From NCBI RefSeq assembly GCF_009914755.1, contig NC_060948.1: a DNA stretch of 64,000 bases, one strand, 5' to 3'. Position 1 is the first letter of the stretch. The number at the start of each line of letters is the position of its first letter. The DNA is from the human T2T-CHM13v2.0 reference genome, Homo sapiens. Under the pieces are notes generated by a model. The model made no database searches and was not told the origin of the DNA. It saw nothing but the letters and a program-made list of their open reading frames with translations. Below are positions 27,258 through 41,471 of this stretch, piece by piece. A program made the position numbers and the translations under genes.

Positions 27258-30200
27258 GGCCTGGAATAAAGTGGAATGCTACGGTCTCGAATGGAATAAA
27301 AATGTATGGAATGGAATGCAATGAAACGGAATCGAATGTCATAGAATGTAATGGAATGCAAAAAAATGGAATCCAAAATCATTGACTGGAAAGGCTGGAT
27401 GTCGAAAGGAATTGACTCCAATGGAATGGAATCGAATGGAATGGAAGTGAATAGAATCGAACTAAATCGAATGGAATGGAATTGATAGGAACGGAATGGA
27501 AAGGAATGAAATGATTTGGCATGGAATGGAATCGAATGGCATCGAATGGAATGGAATGGAATGCAATGCAATGCAATGTATTAGAATGTAATGAACTTTA
27601 ATGGAATGTACTCGAATGGATTCGACTGGAATGGAATGTTCTGGAAGTGAATGGACTCCAATGGAATGGATTGAAAAGGAATGGAATCGTACGGAATGGA
27701 ATCTAATGGAATGGAATTAAATGGAAATGAATCAAATTGAATAGCACGGAATTGAATTGAATGGAATCGAATGCAATGGAATCTAATGAAACGGAAAGGA
27801 AAGGAATGGAATGGAATGGAATGGGCTGGAATGGAAAGGAATCGAAACGAATGGAATGGAATCGAACTGAAGAGACTGGAATGGAATGCACTGGAATGGA
27901 AGGGAGTGTAATGGAAGGTTCTCGAAAAAACTGGAATCGAATGGAATGGAATTGAATGGAACGGAATAGAGTCGAATGGAAGTGAATGGAATGGAATGGA
28001 CTAGAGTGAAATGGAATCGAACCACAAGGAATGGACAGGAATAGAATGGTCTCGAATTGAACGGAATCGTATGGAATGGCATCAAACGGAATGGAATGGA
28101 CAGCCACGGAATGGAATGCACTCGAATGCAATGGAGTCGAAACTAATGGACTGGAATAGAATGGACTCGACTGGTACGGACTCCAATGGAATGGAATCCA
28201 ATGGAAGGGAATCGAACGGAATGGACTCGAAGGGAAAAGACTGCAATGGAAAGGTCTCGAATGGAATGGAAATTAATGGAATGGAATGGAATCGAATGAA
28301 ATGGAGTGAAAAGGAATGGAATCGAATGGCATGAAATCGAATGTAATGGAATCACAAGGAATGGATGTGAACGGAACGGAATGGAATGGAATCCAAAGGA
28401 ATGGAATAGAATGGAATGGAATCGAATGGAAAGGACTCGAATGGAAATCACTCGAATAGAATGCAATTTAATAAAATAGGATGAAATGTAATGGAATGGA
28501 ATGGAAAGGAATCGAAACGAAAGGAATGGAGACAGATGGAATGGAATGGAACAGAGAGCAATGGTATAGAATGGAATGGAATCATCTGGAATGGAATTGA
28601 ATGGAATGGAATAATATGAAATGGAATGGAATGGAATGGAATGCCCTTGAATTAAATGGACTGGAATGGAATGGACTCGAACAGAGTGGAATGGAAAGTG
28701 TTGAGATAGAATGGAATGGACTCGTTTGGAATGGTCTAGTATGCAATGCAATCGACTGGCAGGGAATCAAAAGGAATGTAATCGAATGGATTGGACTGGA
28801 ATGCAATGGACTCGAATAGATTGGAAACGGAATGCAAAGGAATGGAATGGAATAGTATGGAATGGAATGGAAAGGAATGGAGTGGAATAGACTAGAGTGG
28901 AATGGAATGGACTCGAAAGCAATGGACTGGAATGGAACTTTCTTGAATGGACTGGAATCAAACGGAATGGAATGCAGTGCAATCAAATGGCATGGAATAA
29001 AATAGAATGAAAGAGAATCAAATGGAATTGAATCGAATGGAATCGAATGGATTGGAAAGGAATAGAATTGAATGGAATGGAATTGATTCAAATGGAATGG
29101 ACTAGAATGGAATGGATTCGAATGGAAGGCAAAGGAATGGAATCTATTGGAATGGACTGTAATGGAATGGAATGGAAGGGATTGGAATGGACTCGAATGG
29201 AATGGACTGCCATAGAAAGGATTCGAATGGAATGAAAAAGAATTGAATGGAATAGAACAGAATGGAATCAAATCGAATGAAATGGAATGGAATAGAAAGG
29301 AATGGAATGAAATGGAATGGAAAGGATTCGAATGGAATGCAATCGAATGGAAGGGAATCGAACGGAATGGAATAAAATGGAAGCAAACTGGCAAGAAATG
29401 GAATCGAAATGAATGGAGTGTTATGGAACGGACTCAAAAGGAATTCAATGTAATAGAATGGAGTGGAGTGGACTCGAATATAATGGACTGGAATGGAATG
29501 AAATCACATGGAATGGGAACGAATGGAATGGAATGGAAAGGAATGGAATCGAATGGAAAGGAATCGAATGGAAGGGAATGAAATTGAATCAACAGGAATG
29601 GAAGGGAATAGAATAGACGGTAATGGAATGGACTCGAATAGAATGGACACGAATGCTCAAATTGAATGGACTCGAATGGAATGGAAACGAAAGGAATGTC
29701 ATCGAATGGAATTGAATCGATTGGAATGAAATCGCATAGAATGGAGTGGAATCAAATGGAATTGAATCGAAAGGAAAGGAAGCGAATGGACTGAAATGAA
29801 ATGGAATGGAATTGAATGGAAAGTAATGCAATGGAATAAAATGGAACGAAATTTCACGGAATGGAATCAAACTGAATGGAATCAAATCAATGGAATATAA
29901 TCAAATGGAATGGAAAGGAATTGAATGGAGTAGATGGGATTGGATGGGATTGGAATGAAATGTACTGGAAAGGACTCGAATTTTATGAAACGGAATGGAA
30001 TGAATTGGAACGGAATGGACTCGAATGGAATGGAATGTCATGGAATGGCATCAAATGGAATGGCATCAAATGGAATGGAATCGAATGCAATGGAATGCTA
30101 TGGAATGGAACGGAATGCATTGGAATGGAATGTCCTCTAATGGAATGGATTCGAGTGGAATGGAATCGAATATAATGGAGTCGAATGAAATGGAATTGAA

Positions 30201-30806
30201 AGGAATGGGATCGAATACAATGGAATATACTGGAATGTAATGTAATGAACTCGAATGTAATTGACTGGAATGGAATGTACATGGATGGAATGTAATCGAA
30301 TGGAAAGTAATCCAATGGAATAGAATCTAATGCAATAAAATCGACTCAGATAGAGTAGAATGTAATGGAATGGAGTGCAGTGCAATGGAATGGAATGGAA
30401 TGGAATGCAATGGAATGGAATGGAATGGAATGGAATGGAATGGGATGGAATGGTATGGAATGGATAGTAATGGACTGGAGTGAAATGGACTGGAAAGGAA
30501 TGGACTCAAATTGAAAGGGCTCGAAAGGAATGGAGTCAAATGGAATGGTCTGGAATGGAATGAACACGAATGTAATGCAATCCAATAGAATGGAATCGAA
30601 TCGCATGGAATATAAAGAAATGGAATCGAAGAGAATGGAAACAAACGGAATGGAATTGAATGGAATGGAATTGAATGGAATGGGAACGAATGGAGTGAAA
30701 TTGTATGCAGTAGAAGAGAATAGAATGGAATGCAAGCGAAAGGAAAGGAATGGATTGGAATGGAATGGAATTCATTGGAATGGAAGGGAATGTAGTGTAA
30801 TGGACA
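27258..30806 (+). repeat. DYZ1 unit U8 (3549 bp)
   Basis: GGCC at 27258 and 30807; extra EcoRI site at 29441. Confidence 0.9.
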
Positions 30807-33800
30807 GGCCTGGAATAAAGTGGAATGCTACGGTCTCGAATGGAATAAAAATGTATGGAATGGAATGCAATGAAACGGAATCGAATGTCATAGAATGTAA
30901 TGGAATGCAAAAAAATGGACTCCAAAATCATTGACTGGAAAGGCTGGGGGTCGAAAGGAATTGACTCCAATGGAATGGAATCGAATGGAATGGAAGTGAA
31001 TAGAATCGAACTAAATCGAATGGAATGGAATTGATAGGAACGGAATGGAAAGGAATGAAATGATTTGGCATGGAATGGAATCGAATGGCATCGAATGGAA
31101 TGGAATGGAATGCAATGCAATGGAATGTATTAGAATGTAATGAACTTTAATGGAATGTACTCGAATGGATTCGACTGGAATGGAAAGTTCTGGAAGTGAA
31201 TGGACTCCAATGGAATGGATTCAAAAAGAATGGAATCGTACGGAATGGAATCTAATGGAATGGAATTAAATGGAAATGAATCAAATTGAATAGCACGGAA
31301 TTGAATTGAATGGAATCGAATGCAATGGAATCTAATGAAACGGAAAGGAAAGGAATGGAATGGAATGGAATGGGCTGGAATGGAAAGGAATCGAAACGAA
31401 TGGAATGGAATCGAACTGAGGAGACTGGAATGGAATGCAGTGGAATGGAAGGGAGTGTAATGGAAGGTTCTCGAAAAAAATGGAAACGAATGAAATGGAA
31501 TTGAATGGAACGGAATAGAGTCGAATGGAATTGAATGGAATGGAATGGACTAGAGTGAAATGGAATCGAACCACAAGGAATGGACAGGAACAGAATGGTC
31601 TCGAATTGAATGGAATAGTATGGAATGGCATCAAACGGAATGGAATGGACAGCCACGGAATGGAATACACTCGAATGCAATGGAGTCGAAACTAATGGAC
31701 TGGAATAGAATGGACTCGACTGGTACGGACTCCAATGGAATGGAATCGAATGGAAGGGAATCGAACGGAATGGACTCGAAGGGAAAAGACTGCAATGGAA
31801 AGGTCTCGAATGGAATGGAAATTAATGGAATGGAATGGAATCGAATGAAATGGAGTCAAAAGGAATGGAATCGAATGGCAAGAAATCGAATGTAATGGAA
31901 TCGCAAGGAATGGAAGTGAACGGAACGGAATGGAATGGAATCCAAAGGAATGGAATAGAATGGAATGGAATCGAATGGAAAGGACTCGAATGGAAATCAC
32001 TCGAATAGAATGCAATTTAATAAAATAGGATGAAATGTAATCGAATGGAATGGAAAGGAATCGAAACGAAAGGAATGGAGACAGATGGAATGGAATGGAA
32101 CAGAGAGCAATGGTATAGAATGGAATGGAATCATCTGGAATGGAATTGAATGGAATGGAATAATATGAAATGGAATGGAATGGAATGGAATGCCCTTGAA
32201 TTAAATGGACTGGAATGGAATGGACTCGAACAGAGTGGAATGGAAAGTGTTGAGATAGAATGGAATGGACTCGTTTGGAATGGTCTAGTATGCAATGCAA
32301 TCGACTGGCAGGGAATCAAAAGGAATGTAATCGAATGGATTGGACTGGAATGCAATGGACTCGAATAGTTTGGAAACGGAATGCAAAGGAATGGAATGGA
32401 ATAGTATGGAATGGAATGGAAAGGAATGGAGTGGAATAGACTAGAGTGGAATGGAATGGACTCGAAAGCAATGGACTGGAATGGAACTTTCTTGAATGGA
32501 CTGGAATCAAACGGAATGGAATGCAATGCAATCAAATGGCATGGAATAAAATAGAATGAAAGAGAATCAAATGGAATTGAATCGAATGGAATCGAATGGA
32601 TTGGAAAGGAATAGAATGGAATGGAATGGAATTGACTCAAATGGAATGGACTGGAATTGAATGGATTCGAATGGAAGGCAAAGGAATGGAATCTATTGGA
32701 ATGGACTGCAATGGAATGAAATGGAAGGGATTGGAATGGACTCGAATGGAATGGACAGCAATAGAAAGGATTCGCATGGAATGAAAAAGAATTGAATGGA
32801 ATAGAACAGAATGGAATCAAATCGAATGAAATGGAATGGAATAGAAAGGAATAGAATGAAATGGAATGGAAAGGATTCGAATGGAATGCAATCGAATGGA
32901 ATGGAATCGAACGGAATGGAATAAAATGGAAGCAAACTGGCAAGAAATGGAATCGAAATGAATGGAGTGTTATGGAACGGACTCAAAAGGAATTGAATGT
33001 AATAGAATGGAGTGGAGTGGACTCGAATATAATGGACTGGAATGGAATGAAATCACATGGAATGGGAACGAATGGAATGGAATGGAAAGGAATGGAATCG
33101 AATGGAAAGGAATCGAATGGAAGGGAATGAAATTGAATCAACAGGAATGGAAGGGAATAGAATAGACGGTAATGGAATGGACTCGAATAGAATGGACACG
33201 AATGCTCAAATTGAATGGACTCGAATGGAATGGAAACGAAAGGAATGTCATCGAATGGAATTGAATCGATTGGAATGAAATGGCATAGAATGGAGTGGAA
33301 TCAAATGCAATTGAATAGAAAGAAAGGAAGCGAATGGACTGAAATGAAATGGAATGGAATTGAATGGAAAGTAATGCAATGGAATAGAATGGAACGAAAT
33401 TTCACGGAATGGAATCAAACTGAATGGAATCAAATCAAGGGAATATAATCAAATGGAATGGAAAGGAATTGAATGGAGTAGATGGGATTGGATGGGATTG
33501 GAATGAAATGTACTGGAAAGGACTCGAATTTCATGAGACGGAATGGAATGAATTGGTACGGAATGGACTCGAATGGAATGGAATGTCATGGAATGGCATC
33601 AAATGGAATGGCATCAAATGGAATGGAATCGAATGCAATGGAATGCTATGGAATGGAATGGAATGCATTGGAATGGAATGTCCTCTAATGGAATGGATTC
33701 GAGTGGAATGGAACCGAATATAATGGAGTCGAATGAAATGGAATTGAAAGGAATGGGATCGAATACAATGGAATATACTGGAATGTAATGTAATGAACTC

Positions 33801-34374
33801 GAATGTAATTGACTGGAATGGAATGTACATGAATGGAATGTAATCGAATGGAAAGTAATCCAATGGAATAGAATCTAATGCAATAAAATCGACTCAGATA
33901 GAGTAGAATGTAATGGAATGGAGTGCAGTGCAATGGAATGGAATGGAATGGCATGCAATGGAATGGAATGGAATGGAATGGAATGGAATGGAATGGAATG
34001 GAATGGAATGGGATGGAATGGTATGGAATGGATAGTAATGGACTGGAGTGAAATGGACTGGAAAGGAATGGACTCAAATTGAAAGGGCTCGAAAGGAATG
34101 GAGTCAAATGGAATGGTCTGGAATGGAATGAACACGAATGTAATGCAATCCAATAGAATGGAATCGAATGGCATGGAATATAAAGAAATGGAATCGAAGA
34201 GAATGGAAACATACGGAATGGAATTCAATGGAATGGAATTGAATGGAATGGGAACGAATGGAGTGAAATTGTATGCAGTAGAAGAGAACAGAATGGAATG
34301 CAAGCAAAAGGAAAGGAATGGATTGGAATGGAATGGAATTCATTGGAATGGAAGGGAATGTAGTGTAATGGACA
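30807..34374 (+). repeat. DYZ1 unit U9 (3568 bp)
   Basis: GGCC at 30807 and 34375; (GGAAT)10 tract at 33960-34009; 1-bp deletion near 33320. Confidence 0.9.
33960..34009 (+). repeat. Pure (GGAAT)10 tract, the longest allele I saw of the variable internal tract
   Basis: Ten perfect GGAAT copies between GCAAT and GGGAT. Confidence 0.85.
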
Positions 34375-37300
34375 GGCCTGGAATAAAGTGGAATGCTACG
34401 GTCTCGAATGGAATAAAAATGTATGGAATGGAATGCAATGAAACGGAATCGAATGTCATAGAATGGAATGGAATGCAAAAAAATGGAATCCAAAATCATT
34501 GACTGGAAAGGCTGGGTGTCGAAAGGAATTGACTCCAATGGAATGGAATCGAATGGAATGGAAGTGAATAGAATCGAATTAAATCGAATGTAATGGAATT
34601 GATAGGAACGGAATGGAAAGGAATGAAATGATTTGGCATGGAATGGAATCGAATGGCATCGAATGGAATGGAATGGAATGCAATGCAATGGAATGTATTA
34701 GAATGTAATGAACTTTAATGGAATGTACTCGAATGGATTCGACTGGAATGGAATGTTCTGGAAGTGAATGGACTCCAATGGAATGGATTGAAAAGGAATG
34801 GAATCGTACGGAATGGAATCTAATGGAATGGAATTAAATGGAAATGAATCAAATTGAATAGCACGGAATTGAATTGAATGGAATCGAATGCAATGGAATC
34901 TAATGAAACGGAAAGGAAAGGAATGGAATGGAATGGAATGGGCTTGAATGGAAAGGAATCGAAACGAATGGAATGGAATCGAACTGAAGAGACTGGAATG
35001 GAATGCACTGGAATGGAAGGGAGTGTAATGGAAGGTTCTCGAAAAAAATGGAAACGAATGCAATGGAATTGAATGGAACGGAATAGAGTCGAATGGAATT
35101 GAATGGAATGGAATGGACTAGAGTGAAATGGAATCGAACCACAAGGAATGGACAGGAATAGAATGGTCTCGAATTGAATGGAATCGTATGGAATGGCATC
35201 AAACGGAATGGAATGGACAGCCACGGAATGGAATGCACTCGAATGCAATGGAGTCGAAACTAATGGACTGGAATAGAATGGACTCGACTGGTACGGACTC
35301 CAATGGAATGGAATCGAATGGAAGGGAATCGAACGGAATGGACTCGAAGGGAAAAGACTGCAATGGAAAGGTCTCGAATGGAATGGAAATTAATGGAATG
35401 GAATGGAATCGAATGAAATGGAGTCAAAAGGAATGGAATCGAATGGCAAGAAATCGAATGTAATGGAATCGCAAGGAATTGATGTGAACGGAACGGAATG
35501 GAATGGAATCCAAAGGAATGGAATAGAATGGAATGGAATCGAATGGAAAGGACTCGAATGGAAATCACTCGAATAGAATGCAATTTAATAAAATAGGATG
35601 AAATGTAATGGAATGGAATGGAAAGGAATCGAAACGAAAGGAATGGAGACAGATGGAATTGAATGGAACAGAGAGCAATGGTATAGAATGGAATGGAATC
35701 ATCTGGAATGGAATTGAATAGAAGGGAATAATATGAAATGGAATGGAATGGAATGGGATGCCCTTGAATTAAATGGACTGGAATGGAATGGACTCGAACA
35801 GAGTGGAATGGAAAGTGTTGAGATAGAATGGAATGGACTCCTTTGGAATGGTCTAGTATGCAATGCAATCGACTGGCAGGGAATCAAAAGGAATGTAATC
35901 GAATGGATTGGACTGGAATGCAATGGACTCGAATAGATTGGAAACGGAATGCAAAGGAATGGAATGGAATAGTATGGAATGGAATGGAAAGGAATGGAGT
36001 GGAATAGACTAGAGTGGAATGGAATGGACTCGAAAGCAATGGACTGGAATGGAACTTTCTTGAATGGACTGGAATCAAACGGAATGGAATGCAATGCAAT
36101 CAAATGGCATGGAATAAAATAGAATGAAAGAGAATCAAATGGAATTGAATCGAATGGAATCGAATGGATTGGAAAGGAATAGAATGGAATGGAATGGAAT
36201 TGACTCAAATGGAATGGATTCGAATGGAAGGCAAAGGAATGGAATCTATTGGAATGGACTGCAATGGAATGGAAAGGAAGGGATTGGAATGGACTCGAAT
36301 GGAATGGACTGCAATAGAAAGGATTCGAATGGAATGAAAAAGAATTGAATGGAATAGGACAGAATGGAATCAAATCGAATGAAATGGAATGGAATAGAAA
36401 GGAATGGAATGAAATTGAATGGAAAGGATTCGAATGGAATGCAATCGAATGGAATGGAATCGAACGGAATGGAATAAAATGGAAGCAAACTGGCAAGAAA
36501 TGGAATCGAAATGAATGGAATGTTATGGAACGGACTAAAAAGGAATTGAATGTAATAGAAGGGAGTGGAGTGGACTCGAATATAATGGACTGGAATGGAA
36601 TGAAATCACATGGAATGGGAACGAATGGAATGGAATGGAAAGGAATGGAATCGAATGGAAAGGAATCGAATGGAAGGGAATGAAATTGAATCAACAGGAA
36701 TGGAAAGGAATAGAATAGACGGTAATGGAATGGAATCGAATAGAATGGACACGAATGCTCAAATTGAATGGACTCGAATGGAATGGAAACGAAAGGAATG
36801 TCATCGAATGGAATTGAATCGATTGGAATGAAATGGCATAGAATGGAGTGGAATCAAATGGAATTGAATCGAAAGGAAAGGAAGCGAATGGAGTGAAATG
36901 AAATGGAATGGAATTGAATGGAAAGTAATGCAATGGAATAGAATGGAACGAAATTTCACGGAATGGAATCAAACTGAATGGAATCAAATCAATGGAATAT
37001 AATCAAATGGAATGGAAAGGAATTGAATGGAGTAGATGGGATTGGATGGGATTGGAATGAAATGTACTAGAAAGGACTCGAATTTCATGAAACGGAATGG
37101 AATGAATTGGAACGGAATGGACTCGAATGGAATGGAATGTCATGGAATGGCATCAAATGGAATGGCATCAAATGGAATGGAATCGAATGCAATGGAATGC
37201 TATGGAATGGAACGGAATGCATTGGAATGGAATGTCCTCTAATGGAATGGATTCGAGTGGAATGGAATCGAATATAATGGAGTCGAATGAAATGGAATTG

Positions 37301-37908
37301 AAAGGAATGGGATCGAATACAATGGAATATACTGGAATGTAATGTAATGAGCTCGAATGTAATTGAATGGAATGGAATGTACATGGATGGAATGTAATCG
37401 AATGGAAAGTAATCCAATGGAATAGAATCTAATGCAATAAAATCGACTCAGATAGAGTAGAATGTAATGGAATGGAGTGCAGTGCAATGGAATGGAATGG
37501 AATGGAATGCAATGGAATGGAATGGAATGGAATATAATGGAATGGGATGGAATGGTATGGAATGGATAGTAATGGACTGGAGTGAAATGGACTGGAAAGG
37601 AATGGACTCAAATTGAAAGGGCTCGAAAGGAATGGAGTCAAATGGAATGGTCTGGAATGGAATGAACACGAATGTAGTGCAATCCAATAGAATTGAATCG
37701 AATGGCATGGAATATAAAGAAATGGAATCGAAGAGAATGGAAACAAACGGAATGGAATTGAATGGAATGGAATTGAATGGAATGGGAACGAATGGAGTGA
37801 AATTGTATGCAGTAGAAGAGAATAAAATGGAATGCAAGCGAAAGGAAAGGAATGGATTGGAATGGAATGGAATTCATTGGAATGGAAGGGAATGTAGTTT
37901 AATGGACA
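34375..37908 (+). repeat. DYZ1 unit U10 (3534 bp)
   Basis: GGCC at 34375 and 37909; 15-bp deletion near 36215. Confidence 0.9.
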
Positions 37909-40900
37909 GGCCTGGAATAAAGTGGAATGCTACGGTCTCGAATAGAATAAAAATGTATGGAGTGGAATGCAATGAAACGGAATCGAATGTCATAGAATGT
38001 AATGGAATGCAAAAAAATGGAATCCAAAATCATTGACTGGAAAGGCTGGGTGTCGAAAGGAATTGACTCCAATGGAATGGAATCGAATGGAATGGAAGTG
38101 AATATAATCGAGCTAAATCGAATGGAATGGAATTGATAGGAACGGAATGGAAAGGAATGAAATGATTTGGCATGGAATGGAATCGAATGAAATCGAATGG
38201 AATGGAATGGAATGCAATGCAACGGAATGTATTAGAATGTAATGAACTTTAATGGAATGTACTCGAATGGATTCGACTGGAATGGAATGTTCTGGAAGTG
38301 AATGGACTCCAATGGAATGGATTGAAAAGGAATGGAATAGTACGGAATGGAATCTAATGGAATGGAATTAAATGGAAATGAATCAAATTGAATAGCACGG
38401 AATTGAATTGAATGGAATCGAATGCAATGGAATCTAATGAAACGGAAAGGAAAGGAATGGAATGGAATGGAATGGGCTGGAATGGAAAGGAATCGAAACG
38501 AATGGAATGGAATCTAACTGAGGAGACTGGAATGGAATGCACTGGAATGGAAGGGAGTGTAATGGAAGGTTCACGAAAAAAATGGAAACGAATGGAATGG
38601 AATTGAATGGAACGTAATAGAGTCGAATGGAATTGAATGGAATGGAATGGACTAGAGTGAAATGGAATCGAACCACAAAAAATGGACAGGAATAGAATGG
38701 TCTCGAATTGAATGGAATAGTATGGAATGGCATCAAACGGAATGGAATGGACAGCCACGGAATGGAATACACTCGAATGCAATGGAGTCGAAACTAATGG
38801 ACTGGAATAGAATGGACTCGACTGGTACGGACTCCAATGGAATGGAATCGAATGGAAGGGAATCGAACGGAATGGACTCGAAGGGAAAAGACTGCAATGG
38901 AAAGGTCTCGAATGGAATGGAAATTAATGGAATGGAATGGAATCGAATGAAATGGAGTCAAAAGGAATGGAATCGAATGGCAAGAAATCGAATGTAATGG
39001 AATCGCAAGGAATGGATGTGAACGGAACGGAATGGAATGGAATCCAAAGAAATGGAATAGAATGGAATGGAATCGAATGGAAAGGACTCGAATGGAAATC
39101 ACTCGAATAGAATGCAATTTAATAAAATAGGATGAAATGTAATGGAATGGAATGGAAAGGAATCGAAACGAAAGGAATGGAGACAGATGGAATGGAATGG
39201 AACAGAGAGCAATGGTATAGAATGGAATGGAATCATCTGGAATGGAATTGAATGGAATGGAATAATATGAAATGGAATGGAATGGAATGGAATGCCCTTG
39301 AATTAAATGGACTGGAATGGAATGGACTCGAACAGAGTGGAATGGAAAGTGTTGAGATAGAATGGAATGGACTCGTTTGGAATGGTCTAGTATGCAATGC
39401 AATCGACTGGCAGGGAATCAAAAGGAATGTAATCGAATGGATTAGACTGGAATGCAATGGACTCGAATAGATTGGAAACGGAATGCAAAGGAATGGAATG
39501 GAATAGTATGGAATGGAATGGAAAGGAATGGAGTGGAATAGACTAGAGTGGAATGGAATGGACTCGAAAGCAATGGACTGGAATGGAACTTTCTTGAATG
39601 GACTGGAATCAAACGGAATGGAATGCAATGCAATCAAATGGCATGGAATAAAATAGAATGAAAGAGAATCAAATGGAATTGAATCGAATGGAATCGAATG
39701 GATTGGAAAGGAATAGAATGGAATGGAATGGAATTGACTCAAATGGAATGGACTAGAATGGAATGGATTCGAATGGAAGGCAAAGGAATGGAATCTATTG
39801 GAATGGACTGCAATGGAATGGAATGGAAGGGATTGGAATGTACTCTAATGGAATGGACTGCAATAGAAAGGATTCGAATGGAATGAAAAAGAATTGAATG
39901 GAATAGAACAGAATGGAATCAAATCGAATGAAATGGAATGGAATAGAAAGGAATGGAATGAAATGGAATGGAAAGGATTCGAATGGAATGCAATCGAATG
40001 GAATGGAATCAAACGGAATGGAATAAAATGGAAGCAAACTGGCAAGAAATGGAATCGAAATGAATGGAGTGTTATGGAACGGACTCAAAAGGAATTGAAT
40101 GTAATAGAATGGAGTGGAGTGGATTCGAATATAATGGACTGGAATGGAATGAAATCACATGGAATGGGAACGAATGGAATGGAATGGAAAGGAATGGAAT
40201 CGAATGGAAAGGAATCGAATGGAAGGGAATGAAATTGAATCAACAGGAATGGAAGGGAATAGAATAGACGGTAATGGAATGGACTCGAATAGAATGGACA
40301 CGAATGCTCAAATTGAATGGACTCGAATGGAATGGAAACGAAAGGAATGTCATCGAATGGAATTGAATCGATTGGAATGAAATGGCATAGAATGGAGTGG
40401 AATCAAATGGAATTGAATCGAAAGGAAAGGAAGCGAATGGACTGAAATGAAATGGAATGGAATTGAATGGAAAGTAATGCAATGGAATAGAATGGAACGA
40501 AATTTCACGGAATGGAATCAAACTGAATGGAATCAAATCAATGGAATATAATCAAATGGAATGGAAAGGAATTGAATGGAGTAGATGGGATTGGATGGGA
40601 TTGGAATGAAATGTACTGGAAAGGACTCGAATTTTATGAAACGGAATGGAAAGAATTGGAACGGAATGGACTCGAATGGAATGGAATGTCATGGAATGGC
40701 ATCAAATGGAATGGCATCAAATGGAATGGAATCGAATGCAATGGAATGCTATGGAATGGAACGGAATGCATTGGAATGGAATGTCCTCTAATGGAAAGGA
40801 TTCGAGTGGAATGGAACCGAATATAATGGAGTCGAATGAAATGGAATTGAAAGGAATGGGATCGAATACAATGGAATATACTGGAATGTAATGTAATGAA

Positions 40901-41471
40901 CTCGAATGTAATTGACTGGAATGGAATGTACATGAATGGAATGTAATCCAATGGAAATTAATCCAATGGAATAGAATCTAATGCAATAAAATCTACTCAG
41001 ATAGAGTAGAATGTAATGGAATGGAGTGCAGTGCAGTGGAATGGAATGGAATGGAATGCAATGGAATGGAATGGAATGGAATGGAATGGAATGGAATGGA
41101 ATGGAATGGGATGGAATGGTATGGAATGGATAGTAATGGACTGGAGTGAAATGGACTGGAAAGGAATGGACTCAAATTGAAAGGGCTCGAAAGAATGGAG
41201 TCAAATGGAATGGTCTGGAATGGAATGAACACGAATTTAATGCAATCCAATAGAATGGAATCGAATGGCATGGAATATAAAGAAATGGAATCGAAGAGAA
41301 TGGAAACAAACGGTATGGAATTCAATGGAATGGAATTGAATGGAATGGGAACGAATGGAGTGAAATTGTATGCAGTAGAACAGAATAGAATGGAATGCAA
41401 GCGAAAGGAAAGGAATGGATTGGAATGGAATGGAATTCATTGGAAAGGAAGGGAATGTAGTGTAATGGACA
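37909..41471 (+). repeat. DYZ1 unit U11 (3563 bp)
   Basis: GGCC at 37909 and 41472; 1-bp deletion near 41192. Confidence 0.9.
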
